Below, piece by piece: positions 36,922 to 47,922 of a stretch of DNA of 57,433 nt (position 1 is the stretch's first letter; each line of letters opens with the position of its first letter). A program made the position numbers and the translations under genes. This DNA is from Clostridia bacterium. GTDB taxonomy: Bacteria > Bacillota > Clostridia > Christensenellales > QALW01. The DNA lies in assembly GCA_045537705.1 (NCBI GenBank), contig JAZSPY010000089.1:1-57433 (forward strand), written 5' to 3'. The notes beneath the pieces are model-generated. The model was not told where the DNA came from, ran no database searches, and saw only the letters and a program-made list of their open reading frames with translations.

Positions 36922-39503
36922 TGGGACTTTCACCGATGATGCAAAGATACGTTGAATTAAAGGAAAATTACAAGGACTGTCTTGTTTTTTACAGGCTTGG
37001 TGATTTTTATGAAATGTTCTTTGATGATGCAAAAATCGCATCCCGCGAACTGCAACTTACCTTAACAGGAAGGGATTGCGGTTTAAAAGAACGCGCCCCT
37101 ATGTGCGGCGTTCCACATCACAGTGTAAACACCTATATCAATAAACTTCTTGAAAAGAATTATAAAGTTGCCATTGTTGAACAACTTACCGATCCCAAGG
37201 CTTCAAAAGGGCTTGTGGAAAGAGACGTTGTTAGGGTTGTTACCCCCGGCACTATCATTGAAGATGATATGCTTAAAAATCAGAACAACAACTTTTTATT
37301 ATCCATCGCTTTAAACAAAAACAAGTGCGCACTTTCCTGGGCAGATGTTTCAACAGGCGAATTTAATATAACAAGTGTTGAAAGTGAACCCGGTTTTTCA
37401 AAGGTATGCGATCTTATTTTTGAGATTAATCCTAACGAAATCATCGTAAACGAAGAATTTTATAACGCTTCAAAATCCATACCCCAGCACATATTAAAAC
37501 AGTTTAAACCTTTTTCTTTAGCAAGCAGTGTTTTTGAGGCGCCACATATTACAAAAAACCTTTTTGCACGGTTTAAAAACGCAGAAAGTTTATCTAAAAA
37601 ACTGCCAATTGTTGCTGCTGCGGCTTTGTGGGAATACTTATCTTTAACACAAAAAAATCCGCTTCAGCATATGAATACACTTAATTACGTTGACAGTAAC
37701 GTTGGGCTTATTCTTGATTCTGCTGCAAGAAAAAATCTTGAAGTTTTTAAATCATTAGGGGATCACGGCACAAGAGGTTCGCTTTTATGGTTACTGAACA
37801 AAACAAGAACTCCTATGGGTTCGCGCAGGCTTACTTCCTGGCTTGAGCGCCCTTTAAATATTAAGCACGACATTGAGGAAAGGCTTGATGGCGTTCAGGA
37901 ATTATTTGAAAACTATGCTCTTTCACAGGATCTTTATTCTGCCCTTGAGCATATCTGCGATATTGAACGCATCTGCACCCGTGTTGCTTACGGCACCGTT
38001 TCACCTAAAGAAACTGTTTTTATGCGTAAGGCTTTAAAAAATCTTCCTGAAATTAAAGCTCTTTTATCAATGGCTAATAGCCCATTATTAAAATATTGCT
38101 ATGAAGATATTGACGTTTTAGAAGATATTTACGATCTTCTTAACCGCGCAATAGATGATAACCCATCAGAATCTATCCGCGATGGTGGTGTTATCCGTGA
38201 TGGCTTTAATGAAGATCTTGATAAATACCGTGATGCTGTTAAAAACGGCCAAAACTGGATTGCCCAGATTGAAGCACGTGAAAGAGAAAATACAGGCATC
38301 AAAACCTTAAAAATCAAATATAACAGAGTTTTCGGTTACTTTATTGAAGTTACCAACAGTTTTAAGGATAAAGTTCCTTATAACTACACACGCAGGCAAA
38401 CTCTTGCCGGCGCAGAACGATATACAACTGATGAATTAAAAGAAACTGAAGAACTTGTTACAGGTTCAGAAGAAAAGGCATTAAAGCTTGAACAGATTAT
38501 TTTTTCTGAAATCCGCCAGACCCTTCTTAACGCACTTTTCAGAATGCAAAACACTGCAAGGGCAATTTCGGTTATAGATGCTGTTTTATCTTTAGCTACC
38601 GTATCTTCTGAAAACAACTACGTTCGCCCATCCATCAATGAAGATGGAATATTAAATATTTCAGGGGGCAGGCACCCTGTTGTTGAAGTTATGCAACCTT
38701 CTATTCAGTTTGTGCCAAACGATGCTTTTCTTGATAAAGGCGAAAACCGTTTTATGCTGATTTCAGGGCCTAATATGGCGGGAAAAAGCACATATATGCG
38801 CCAGGTTGCGTTAATAACGCTTATGGCTCATTTAGGTTGCTTCGTTCCTTGTATTTCTGCTGATATTCCCGTTTGCGACCGTTTGTTTACCCGTGTTGGC
38901 GCTTCTGATGATCTTTCTGCAGGGCAAAGTACCTTTATGCTTGAAATGACTGAGGTTGCAACCATACTTAAACATGCAACAAGCAACAGTTTAATTATTT
39001 TAGATGAAATCGGCAGGGGTACTTCCACCTTTGATGGTCTTTCTATTGCCTGGGCAGTAACGGAATATATTGCCAACATAAATAACATTGGCGCAAAAAC
39101 ATTATTTGCTACCCATTACCATGAGTTAAGTGAACTAGAAGGTACTTTGGACGGCGTTAAAAACTATTCTATTACCGCAAAAGAATACGGCGATGACGTT
39201 ATATTCTTAAGAAAAATCGTTCGTGGCAGTGCTGATAAAAGTTACGGTATCCAAGTTGCAAATCTTGCCGGGGTACCAAAGCCTGTTTTAAAAAGGGCAA
39301 AGGAACTTTTAAAGGAACTTGAGCAGGCTGATATCGTAAACAATAAAAATCAGCCTAACGGAACACAAACCACACTTTTTACTTCAACAAATACCGAAAC
39401 AATTTTAGAAGAATTAAGAAACGTAGATATAAATACACTTACACCTATTGAAGCCATAAACGTTTTATGTGAATTAAGAGAAAAGGCGAAGCGTGAATTA
39501 TGA
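36921..39503 (+). CDS. mutS: DNA mismatch repair protein MutS
   Basis: SPMMQRY, GDFYEMF, GPNMAGKST, DEIGRGTST, ATHYHEL. Confidence 0.97.
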   Translation: MGLSPMMQRYVELKENYKDCLVFYRLGDFYEMFFDDAKIASRELQLTLTGRDCGLKERAPMCGVPHHSVNTYINKLLEKNYKVAIVEQLTDPKASKGLVERDVVRVVTPGTIIEDDMLKNQNNNFLLSIALNKNKCALSWADVSTGEFNITSVESEPGFSKVCDLIFEINPNEIIVNEEFYNASKSIPQHILKQFKPFSLASSVFEAPHITKNLFARFKNAESLSKKLPIVAAAALWEYLSLTQKNPLQHMNTLNYVDSNVGLILDSAARKNLEVFKSLGDHGTRGSLLWLLNKTRTPMGSRRLTSWLERPLNIKHDIEERLDGVQELFENYALSQDLYSALEHICDIERICTRVAYGTVSPKETVFMRKALKNLPEIKALLSMANSPLLKYCYEDIDVLEDIYDLLNRAIDDNPSESIRDGGVIRDGFNEDLDKYRDAVKNGQNWIAQIEARERENTGIKTLKIKYNRVFGYFIEVTNSFKDKVPYNYTRRQTLAGAERYTTDELKETEELVTGSEEKALKLEQIIFSEIRQTLLNALFRMQNTARAISVIDAVLSLATVSSENNYVRPSINEDGILNISGGRHPVVEVMQPSIQFVPNDAFLDKGENRFMLISGPNMAGKSTYMRQVALITLMAHLGCFVPCISADIPVCDRLFTRVGASDDLSAGQSTFMLEMTEVATILKHATSNSLIILDEIGRGTSTFDGLSIAWAVTEYIANINNIGAKTLFATHYHELSELEGTLDGVKNYSITAKEYGDDVIFLRKIVRGSADKSYGIQVANLAGVPKPVLKRAKELLKELEQADIVNNKNQPNGTQTTLFTSTNTETILEELRNVDINTLTPIEAINVLCELREKAKREL

Positions 39504-41329
39504 AAATAAAACTTCTTGATGCAAGCGTTGCCAATAAGATTGCCGCAGGCGAAGTTGTAGAAAGGCCTGCTTCAATCGTAAAGGAGCTTGTAGAAAACAG
39601 CATAGATGCAGGGGCAACAAATATCACCATTGAAATTAAAGATGGGGGTATTGCCTTTATCCGCATTACCGATAACGGATGCGGCATGGCAGAAGAAGAC
39701 GTAAAGAACGCCTTTTTGCGCCACGCAACAAGCAAAATCAGCGTTGCAGAAGATCTTAATGATATTATTACCCTTGGTTTCCGTGGGGAAGCATTGCCTT
39801 CCATAAGCGCAGTTTCCCGTGTTACCCTTTCAACAAGAACTAAAAACGCCCTTGAAGGCACACAGATTGAATTAACAGGCGGAGTTATTGATAGATTTTT
39901 CCCTTGCGGATGCGCTGAAGGCACTACCATTATTGTTGAAGATCTGTTTTTTAATACTCCTGCAAGGCGCAAGTTTTTAAAGCGCGCAAGCCAGGAAGCC
40001 TCTTACGTTTTTGAAGCGGTAAACCGCCTTGCGTTATCTAACCCCCAAATTTCTTTAAGATATGTTCAGGATGGTAAAACTCTTTTAAGAACACCCGGGG
40101 ATAGCAATCTGCTTTCTGCAATTCGTGCGGTATTTGGGGCAGATGTTGCTAAAAATATGATCCCTGTTGATGAAACCAAAAACGGTATTACCTTAAAAGG
40201 CTTTATCGGAAAGGCCGAAATTCAGCGCAACAACCGAACACGTCAGATTTTATTTGTAAACGGCAGAAGCGTTAAAAATGATCTTGTTTCTTCTGCAATT
40301 CTTCAAGGTTATCAGGGCAGGCTTAACATTGGCAAGTTCCCATTTTTTGTGCTTGAAATGCAGGTTTCAGGTAATCTTGTTGACGTTAACGTGCACCCAA
40401 CAAAACAGGAAGTTCGTTTTGCTGAAAGTTTACCAATTTATGATACGGTAAGCTCAATTATCTCAAAGGTTTTAAGGGAGAATCAAGAGATTCCTTCACT
40501 TTTTGCAAACGAAGGCAAAAAAGAAGAAGTTAAAATTATAGAAGTTGAAACGGTTTTACCTAAACAGGTTGAATACAAGCCTGAAGAATCTTTAAGCACG
40601 CAGAAATTCTTTGAAACAGTTAAAACTACTGAATTTTTTAAAGAAACGCCCCTTCAGGTAAAGGATACGCCAAGCCCTGTTTTTATAAACGAAACGATTG
40701 AAAAAGAAATTCAGACAGAACCTGTAAAAGAAGTAAAACAGGAAGAAATCACGTTAGAAATAAGTGATGAATATAAAGTTACAGGGGTTCTTTTTGATAC
40801 GTATATTGTGATTGAGCAAAATGATGATTGCTTTATTATTGATCAACACGCCGCCCACGAACGCTTGCTTTTTGAAAGGCTTAACGCTTCTTTAGAAGAA
40901 GAAGGCAAAAGCCAGATTTTATTATTCCCCCAGTTAGTAAAACTTTCGCCAAAGGAATTTGCTTGCGTTATTGATTTAATGCCTGACTTAGAAAAAATGG
41001 GCTTTATTATTGATGATATGGGCTTTAACACTTTAGGCATAAAAGAAGTGCCTGACGTTTTAAGTTCTATAAATGCTGAAAGATTTTTATCTTCTTTAGA
41101 AGAAAACGTTAAAAACGTGCGCACACAGGAATTAAAGCGCAACAAACTTATGCAAATGGCTTGCAAAAGCGCAATTAAGGGTGGCGATAAGTTATCCCAA
41201 AATGATATAACGCTTCTTTTAAAACTGATAAAAGAAGAGGGCGTTCCCCTTACCTGCCCCCACGGAAGACCGATTCTTATTCGTTTAACCAAGCACGAAC
41301 TTGAAGTTCGTTTTAAGAGGATACAATGA
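39500..41329 (+). CDS. mutL: DNA mismatch repair endonuclease MutL
   Basis: IAAGEVVERPAS, GFRGEAL, DQHAAHER, CPHGRP. Confidence 0.97.
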   Translation: MKIKLLDASVANKIAAGEVVERPASIVKELVENSIDAGATNITIEIKDGGIAFIRITDNGCGMAEEDVKNAFLRHATSKISVAEDLNDIITLGFRGEALPSISAVSRVTLSTRTKNALEGTQIELTGGVIDRFFPCGCAEGTTIIVEDLFFNTPARRKFLKRASQEASYVFEAVNRLALSNPQISLRYVQDGKTLLRTPGDSNLLSAIRAVFGADVAKNMIPVDETKNGITLKGFIGKAEIQRNNRTRQILFVNGRSVKNDLVSSAILQGYQGRLNIGKFPFFVLEMQVSGNLVDVNVHPTKQEVRFAESLPIYDTVSSIISKVLRENQEIPSLFANEGKKEEVKIIEVETVLPKQVEYKPEESLSTQKFFETVKTTEFFKETPLQVKDTPSPVFINETIEKEIQTEPVKEVKQEEITLEISDEYKVTGVLFDTYIVIEQNDDCFIIDQHAAHERLLFERLNASLEEEGKSQILLFPQLVKLSPKEFACVIDLMPDLEKMGFIIDDMGFNTLGIKEVPDVLSSINAERFLSSLEENVKNVRTQELKRNKLMQMACKSAIKGGDKLSQNDITLLLKLIKEEGVPLTCPHGRPILIRLTKHELEVRFKRIQ

Positions 41330-42204
41330 AAGTTATTGTTATTGCAGGGCCTACCGCATCAGGAAAAACTGCGTTAGGTGTAAAATTGGCGCAAAAATTA
41401 AACGGTGAAATAATCTCCTGCGATTCAATGCAGATCTATAAAGATATTCCCATTTGTTCTGCCCAACCTACAGAAGAAGAAAAACAAGGTATCCCCCATC
41501 ATTTAATGGGATTTCTTGATTTCAGCGGCCGTTTTACCGCCTACGATTACAGAATGATGGCGTTAGAAAAGATTCGCGATATTATTTCACGAAGGAAACA
41601 GCCTATTATCGTTGGCGGAACGGGAATGTATTTTCACTGGCTTATTTATAACCCTGATTTTATGCCTGAAGATACTTCTGATATTAGAAAAAATCTTGAA
41701 AAAGAAGAAACCAACGTTCTTTTTAATAAACTTTTAGGTTTAAACCTTGAAACTAAAATTAAAAGTGAAGATCGCAAAAGGATAATCCGCGCTTTAGAAG
41801 TTTACGCTTTAACAGGCAGTTTACCTAAAGATACAATTAAGGAAAAAGAAAAAAATACTGAATTTGATTTTAAACTTTTTTGCATTAGCCCACCGCGTGA
41901 AATTCTTTATGAAAGAATCAATAAGCGCGTTGATATTATGCTTGAACAGGGTATGTTAAAAGAAGTTAAAAACCTTTATAATTTAGGTTTAACCGAAGAT
42001 CATCAGCCATATAAAGCAATAGGTTGCAGGCAATTTATTGATTATTTTAAAGGGCTATGCTCTTTAGAAGAAGCAAAAGAAAAAGTCAAGCAAGAAAGCA
42101 GAAGATATGCAAAACGCCAAATAACATGGATGAAAAGCGAAGATGCCATCTGGTTGCAAGGCGATCTAAATGAAAACATTAACACTATTTTAGATAACAT
42201 TTAA
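41326..42204 (+). CDS. miaA: tRNA dimethylallyltransferase
   Basis: GPTASGKT, DSMQIY, VGGTGMY, YAKRQITW. Confidence 0.96.
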   Translation: MKVIVIAGPTASGKTALGVKLAQKLNGEIISCDSMQIYKDIPICSAQPTEEEKQGIPHHLMGFLDFSGRFTAYDYRMMALEKIRDIISRRKQPIIVGGTGMYFHWLIYNPDFMPEDTSDIRKNLEKEETNVLFNKLLGLNLETKIKSEDRKRIIRALEVYALTGSLPKDTIKEKEKNTEFDFKLFCISPPREILYERINKRVDIMLEQGMLKEVKNLYNLGLTEDHQPYKAIGCRQFIDYFKGLCSLEEAKEKVKQESRRYAKRQITWMKSEDAIWLQGDLNENINTILDNI

Positions 42205-42215
42205 AGGATATTTAT

Positions 42216-43475
42216 ATGAGCATTTTAACCACTAATTACGGTATAAGCCCCAAATTAGTTAAAAGGGCAGAAGAACTTGAACTTTCTTTAAAAGGCGAGT
42301 TTGAAAAAATTGAAAAAATACAGGAAAAAAATCAACTGTGGGTTCTTGATTGCTTCAGGGAAGAAAAGATTCAGCCTTCCCATTTTGCCGCAACCTACGG
42401 TTACGGATATGATGATACAGGCAGGGATAAATTAAAAACCTTGTTTGCAAGGATTTTTAAAGCAGAAGATGCCATTGTGCGCCCACAGATTGCTTCGGGT
42501 ACCCACGCACTTGCATTAGCACTGCAAGGTTTAACTAAAAAGGGCACCCGTATTCTTTCTGCTTCCGGTGCACCTTATGACACATTAGAAGGTATTATCG
42601 GCCATAAGGAAGAAACTGAAGGTTCCCTTTGTGATATGGGCGCAACATATCAAGAACTTCCCTTAAAAAATAAGCGCCTTGACTTAGAAGGCTTAAAGAA
42701 AGAAGCCGTAAACGCCGATTTAATTATGCTTCAGCGTTCCCGTGGTTATCAGGATAGACCAAGCCTTTTAGTTTCTGAAATCAAAGAGGCTTGCCAAGTT
42801 ATAAGAAGTGTAAACAAAAACGCAGTTATCTTTGTTGATAACTGCTACGGTGAATTTGTTGAAGAAATGGAACCTATTGAAGCAGGCGCCGATATAATCG
42901 TTGGCTCTTTAATAAAAAATGCAGGGGGCGGTATTGCCCCAACAGGCGCATATATTGCAGGAAAAAAAGATTTAATTGAAAGAATTGCTTACCGTATGAC
43001 CGCCCCCGGTATCGGTGAAGAAGTTGGTTCATACGCAGGTGGATATCTTCCATTCTTTCAAGGAATTTTCCTTGCCCCGCAAACAGTTGCACAGGCACTT
43101 AAAGGCGCTATCTTTGCTTCGCGGATTTTAGAAGAATACGGATATAATCCATCACCAAGATATAATGAACCAAGGGGTTGTATTATTCAGTCCGTTTGTT
43201 TAAAAAATAAGGAAAACCTTGTGGAATTCTGCAGGCAGATTCAGGCGGTTTCACCTGTTGAAGCCTTTGTTACCCCTGAACCCTGGGCGATGCCGGGATA
43301 CAGCGATGAAGTTATTATGGCAGCAGGCACCTTTATTCAGGGCGCTTCAATTGAACTAAGCGGTGATGCGCCTATCCGCGAGCCTTATATGTTTTATATG
43401 CAAGGCGGTATCGTTTACCATCAGGTCAAAGCGGCGATTTTATCCGCAGTACAAAAAATGAAAGGGGATTTATAA
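42216..43475 (+). CDS. Methionine gamma-lyase-like / YnbB 'aluminium resistance' PLP protein
   Basis: GYGYDDTGRD, SGTHAL, DNCYGEFVE, GSLIKNAGGG, AAGTFIQGASIELS. Confidence 0.9.
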   Translation: MSILTTNYGISPKLVKRAEELELSLKGEFEKIEKIQEKNQLWVLDCFREEKIQPSHFAATYGYGYDDTGRDKLKTLFARIFKAEDAIVRPQIASGTHALALALQGLTKKGTRILSASGAPYDTLEGIIGHKEETEGSLCDMGATYQELPLKNKRLDLEGLKKEAVNADLIMLQRSRGYQDRPSLLVSEIKEACQVIRSVNKNAVIFVDNCYGEFVEEMEPIEAGADIIVGSLIKNAGGGIAPTGAYIAGKKDLIERIAYRMTAPGIGEEVGSYAGGYLPFFQGIFLAPQTVAQALKGAIFASRILEEYGYNPSPRYNEPRGCIIQSVCLKNKENLVEFCRQIQAVSPVEAFVTPEPWAMPGYSDEVIMAAGTFIQGASIELSGDAPIREPYMFYMQGGIVYHQVKAAILSAVQKMKGDL

Positions 43476-44683
43476 TGACAACCGTTAAAGCGTGCAACGT
43501 TTTACTTCCTGAAAAAGATACTGATTTATTTAAATACTCCTGTGTTGCCTGCGATCAGTTTACAGGCGATAAAGAATACTGGAAACAGGTTGATGATCTT
43601 TCAAAAGATGCTTTTTCAACCTATAATCTTACTTTCCCTGAAATCTATTTAAGCGATGATAATTCAAAAAGAATTGAACAGATAAATAAAAATATGGTTT
43701 CGTATCTCAATAAAGGTTTGTTCAGGGAAATTAAAGATGCCGTTATTTATATTGAACGCACTTTACATAACGGTAAAGTTCGCAAAGGCTTTGTTTTAGC
43801 CTGTGATTTAGAAGAATATGAGTATAAAAAAGGCACAACTTCCTTAATCCGCCCAACTGAAGGCACTATTGAGGACCGCCTTCCGCCAAGGGTTAAAATC
43901 AGGGAAAATGCACCTTTGGAATTACCCCATATTATGCTTCTTGTAAACGATAGCGAAAACCTTTTGATTGAAAAGATTGATAAAAACAATCTTACTCTTT
44001 TATATGAAACTGATTTAATGCAAAATGGTGGCAGTATAAAGGGCTGGCTTATAAATAAAAATGAACAGGAACGCTTATTTGAAACTCTTTTAAAAACCGA
44101 TTGTAAAAAAGGCGATAACGTTATTCGCCTTGCAGTTGGTGACGGAAACCATTCACTTGCAACTGCAAAAAAATGCTGGGAAAACTTAAAGCCAACCTTA
44201 ACGGAAGAAGAAAAACTTACACACCCCGCGCGCTATGCTTTATGTGAAATCGTTAATCTTCACGATGAGGCGTTGGAATTTGAACCTATTCACAGGGTTC
44301 TTTATGATATCAACGTTGAAGAATTTTTAAAAATTTTGGAAGATAATTTTGATGAAAACGGTCAAAAAATAACTGTTGTTTTTGGCAAAATCCAAAAAGA
44401 TTTTTATATTTCGCCCTCACATTACTTGACGGTAGGCTCAATACAGAATATAATAGATGCATATTTATCAAAGAACACGGGCGTTGTTGATTATATTCAC
44501 GAGCCCCAGCAGGTTATTAAGAATGCGCAAAATGAAAATACCGTTGGCGTTTTAATACCAAGTTTAGATAAAAAAGACTTATTCCCTGCAGTTTTACAAA
44601 ACGGTGCTTTGCCAAGAAAAACTTTTTCAATGGGAATGGGCATTGATAAAAGATACTATTTTGAAGCAAGAAAAATTAAATAG
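43475..44683 (+). CDS. DUF1015 family protein
   Basis: VACDQFT, RPTEGT, AVGDGNHSLATAK, LPRKTFSMG. Confidence 0.85.
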   Translation: MTTVKACNVLLPEKDTDLFKYSCVACDQFTGDKEYWKQVDDLSKDAFSTYNLTFPEIYLSDDNSKRIEQINKNMVSYLNKGLFREIKDAVIYIERTLHNGKVRKGFVLACDLEEYEYKKGTTSLIRPTEGTIEDRLPPRVKIRENAPLELPHIMLLVNDSENLLIEKIDKNNLTLLYETDLMQNGGSIKGWLINKNEQERLFETLLKTDCKKGDNVIRLAVGDGNHSLATAKKCWENLKPTLTEEEKLTHPARYALCEIVNLHDEALEFEPIHRVLYDINVEEFLKILEDNFDENGQKITVVFGKIQKDFYISPSHYLTVGSIQNIIDAYLSKNTGVVDYIHEPQQVIKNAQNENTVGVLIPSLDKKDLFPAVLQNGALPRKTFSMGMGIDKRYYFEARKIK

Positions 44684-44693
44684 GAGATAAAAA

Positions 44694-46013
44694 ATGATCA
44701 AAATTGCAAAATTCGGCGGCAGTTCACTTGCAGATGCCAAACAGTTTAAAAAGGTAAAAGATATTATTATGGCTGATGAAGCCCGTAAGTTTGTTGTTCC
44801 TTCTGCCCCCGGCAAAAGAGATAAAAACGATGAAAAGGTTACCGATCTTTTATATAAGTGCTACGCTTTAGCAAGCGCTGAACAAGATACAACAGAAGTT
44901 TTTGATAAGATTTTTGAACGCTACGAAAGCATCCGTAAAGATCTTAACTTAAAAACTGACGTTAAGGCTTTAATCAGCGAAATTAAAGAAAAAGTTGATA
45001 ACGGTGCAACTATTGATTACACTGCTTCCCGCGGCGAATACCTTAACGGTATCTTATTGGCTGAATATCTTAATATAAAATTCATTGATGCCGCTGAAGT
45101 TGTTTTCTTTACAGGCCACGGTGTTTTAGATGCTGAAAAAACTAATACAGTTATGGCAAAGCGCCTTCAAAAATATGGCAGAGCAGTTATTCCGGGATTT
45201 TACGGTTCTCGCCCTGATGGAAACATTAAAACTTTCTCTCGTGGCGGCAGTGATATTACAGGCAGCCTTGTTGCACGTGCAATAAACGCTGATCTTTATG
45301 AAAACTGGACTGACGTTTCAGGCTTTATGGTAACTGATCCAAGAATCGTTCCTGAAACACAGGCTATTAAGTTTATTACATATAAGGAATTACGGGAACT
45401 TTCTTATATGGGCGCTGCAGTTTTACATCAGGATGCAGTTTTCCCTGTTCAGCAAAGCGGTATTCCCATCAACATTCGTAACACCAATGCGCCCCAGGAT
45501 GACGGCACTATGATCGTTAGCAAGCTTTCTGAAGATCAGAAGGTTGATACTATGAAGATTACCGGTATTGCAGGCCATAAGGGTTACTGTGCTATTACCA
45601 TTGAAAAGAGTATGATGAACTCTGAACTTGGTATCGGCAGAAGATTTTTGGAAATCTTTGAAAGAAACAACGTACTTTTTGAACATCTTCCCTCAGGTGT
45701 TGATACTATGACCGCTGTTTTAAACGAAAAGGCTATTAAGGGTAAATTAGACCACGTTTTACAAGCTATTCAGGATGAATTAAATCCCGATTCAGTTGAA
45801 TACGTTCCCGGTCTTGCGCTTTTAGCGGTGGTTGGTCATCGTATGGCAAAAAGCGCAGGTATTGCAGGTAAAATCTTTACCGCTTTAGGCAAAGAACACA
45901 TCAATATCCGCACCATTGATCAGGGTTCAAGTGAAATCAACATTATTATCGGTGTTGATGAAGAAAACCTTGAAAAAGCTATTCGCGTTATTTATGACGC
46001 TGTTAAAAACTGA
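44694..46013 (+). CDS. lysC: Aspartate kinase
   Basis: KFGGSSLAD, TFSRGGSDITG, WTDVSG, two ACT domains. Confidence 0.93.
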   Translation: MIKIAKFGGSSLADAKQFKKVKDIIMADEARKFVVPSAPGKRDKNDEKVTDLLYKCYALASAEQDTTEVFDKIFERYESIRKDLNLKTDVKALISEIKEKVDNGATIDYTASRGEYLNGILLAEYLNIKFIDAAEVVFFTGHGVLDAEKTNTVMAKRLQKYGRAVIPGFYGSRPDGNIKTFSRGGSDITGSLVARAINADLYENWTDVSGFMVTDPRIVPETQAIKFITYKELRELSYMGAAVLHQDAVFPVQQSGIPINIRNTNAPQDDGTMIVSKLSEDQKVDTMKITGIAGHKGYCAITIEKSMMNSELGIGRRFLEIFERNNVLFEHLPSGVDTMTAVLNEKAIKGKLDHVLQAIQDELNPDSVEYVPGLALLAVVGHRMAKSAGIAGKIFTALGKEHINIRTIDQGSSEINIIIGVDEENLEKAIRVIYDAVKN

Positions 46014-46849
46014 TGAAGAAAAGAATTTTTTCCCTAATCGCCTTATCTCTTGCTTTTATATTGGCTGTTTGTGGAATATTTTGCGTTATTACTTTACATA
46101 ATAACGCTTTCTTTTCACCTGTTTATGAAAAAACAGACCTTCTCCCCATTTTAGAAAAATCAGATTTTACCGAAGAAGACTATAAAGCGCTTTTTATTCA
46201 AACAGGGCTTGGCAAATGGGCTATTGACCAAATAAAAAACGATGAAAACTTTATTCCGCGCATTTTAAAATTTCAGGATAACTTTTTTAAGCAACATGAA
46301 ATTAAATGCGTTCGCGAAGCCTTTACCACTTCTATGGAATACAGTGTAACAGAATCGGGGGCTTACACCCGCGCTTTTGAGATGTTTGATGTTTTGCCCG
46401 GATACGTTTTAATAATGGAATCAAGCCATTCGTTTGCTTGGCGCCACGGCCATGCAGGGCTTGTGATTGATAAGTATTCTGTTTTAGAAGCACCTATTAT
46501 CTTTCAGCCTACCAGTATTTATGGTATTTCTTCCTGGGAATATTACCCTACTTTTATGATGCTTCGCCTAAAAAATACAACTGACGATCAATTAAAAGAA
46601 ATTGCAAAGGATGCAAAAGATGATTTAATGGGCATTACCTATTCGCCACTTGCAGGCGTGTTCAATAAAGAGCAAGGAAATGTTCCAAGAACAGTTCAAT
46701 GCGCCTATTTAGTATGGTATGCCTTTTACAAACAGGGTATCAATATAGATAAAAATGGTGATAGCATTGTTACGGTTCAAGATATAAAAAATTCCGATAT
46801 GTTTGAGATAGTTCAAATTTACGGTTATGACCCAATGTTATTTATTTAG
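46013..46849 (+). CDS. Exported permuted NlpC/P60 (YiiX/YebB-like) protein
   Basis: N-terminal TM/signal peptide; His before Cys (HGHAGLV...VLEA...QCAYLVWYAF). Confidence 0.65.
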   Translation: MKKRIFSLIALSLAFILAVCGIFCVITLHNNAFFSPVYEKTDLLPILEKSDFTEEDYKALFIQTGLGKWAIDQIKNDENFIPRILKFQDNFFKQHEIKCVREAFTTSMEYSVTESGAYTRAFEMFDVLPGYVLIMESSHSFAWRHGHAGLVIDKYSVLEAPIIFQPTSIYGISSWEYYPTFMMLRLKNTTDDQLKEIAKDAKDDLMGITYSPLAGVFNKEQGNVPRTVQCAYLVWYAFYKQGINIDKNGDSIVTVQDIKNSDMFEIVQIYGYDPMLFI

Positions 46850-46882
46850 TATCATTTTGTATAAATTTTATGAGGTTTTATT

Positions 46883-47803
46883 ATGAATACCAATTCATCT
46901 GCATTACAGCCTGTTGGCAATACTCCGTTAGTTGAATTGCGCCAAATAAAGCAGGAATTTAACTTAAAATCAAATATCTTTGCAAAAATTGAGGGCGTTA
47001 ATCCCGGCGGGAGCGCTAAAGATAGAATTGCAAAATACATTATTGATAGTTATGAATCCCAAGGCTTATTAAATAAGGATACCGTTTTTGTTGAAGCAAC
47101 AAGCGGTAACACAGGTATCGGCATCGCTTTAATTTCTTCAATTAAAGGTTATAAATCAATAATCGTTATGCCTGATAATATGAGCAAGGAACGGATTGAT
47201 TTAATAACTTCTTACGGTGGGGAAGTTGTTTTAACCCCCGGCGCACAAGGTATGCAAGGCGCAGTTGCAAAAGCGGAAGAAATAAAAAACGAAAACCCTG
47301 ATGCAATAATTTTTGATCAGTTTAATAACCCCCTTAACCCCCTTGCCCACTATTATTCAACAGGCCCTGAAATTTGGAACGAAAGAAACGGCAATATTGA
47401 CATATTTGTTGCGGGCATCGGCACAGGCGGAACTATTTCAGGCACAGGCAAGTTATTAAAGGAACGTAATAAAGACGTTCAGATTATAGGCGTTGAGCCT
47501 GAAAGTTCGCCCCTTTTAACAAAAGGTTATGCTTCTTCACATAAAATTCAAGGAATCGGCGCAAATTTTGTGCCAAACACTTTAAATAAAACAATTCTTG
47601 ATAAAGTTTTAACTGTTTCGGATAGTGATGCTTACTATTACACCAATCTTTTATATAAAAAAGAAAATATTTTAGCAGGAATCAGTTCAGGCGCAGCTTT
47701 AAAAGCAGCCATAGAAATAGCAAAACAGGAAGAAAACAAAAACATTGTTGTACTTTTCGCAGATTCAGGCAACAAGTATTTTTCAACGGGTGTTTTTGAT
47801 TAA
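46883..47803 (+). CDS. cysK: Cysteine synthase A
   Basis: GNTPLV, NPGGSAKDR, TSGNTG, GIGTGGT, HKIQGIG, GISSGA. Confidence 0.95.
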   Translation: MNTNSSALQPVGNTPLVELRQIKQEFNLKSNIFAKIEGVNPGGSAKDRIAKYIIDSYESQGLLNKDTVFVEATSGNTGIGIALISSIKGYKSIIVMPDNMSKERIDLITSYGGEVVLTPGAQGMQGAVAKAEEIKNENPDAIIFDQFNNPLNPLAHYYSTGPEIWNERNGNIDIFVAGIGTGGTISGTGKLLKERNKDVQIIGVEPESSPLLTKGYASSHKIQGIGANFVPNTLNKTILDKVLTVSDSDAYYYTNLLYKKENILAGISSGAALKAAIEIAKQEENKNIVVLFADSGNKYFSTGVFD

Positions 47804-47922
47804 AAAACTAAGGGCAAGTTTTTTGCCCTTTATTTTTTATCTAAAATGATACTAAATATATTTTTTATTATTGCTTTTTTTACGATTATCAGTATAATAT
47901 AAGTAAATAAGGTGGTGTTTTT

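Noticed and set aside
39445-41292. Long antisense ORFs (e.g. 39445-39972, 40843-41292, and those opposite the corrinoid and uxu genes)
   Set aside because: Shadow frames of well-conserved genes with no RBS or recognisable motifs.
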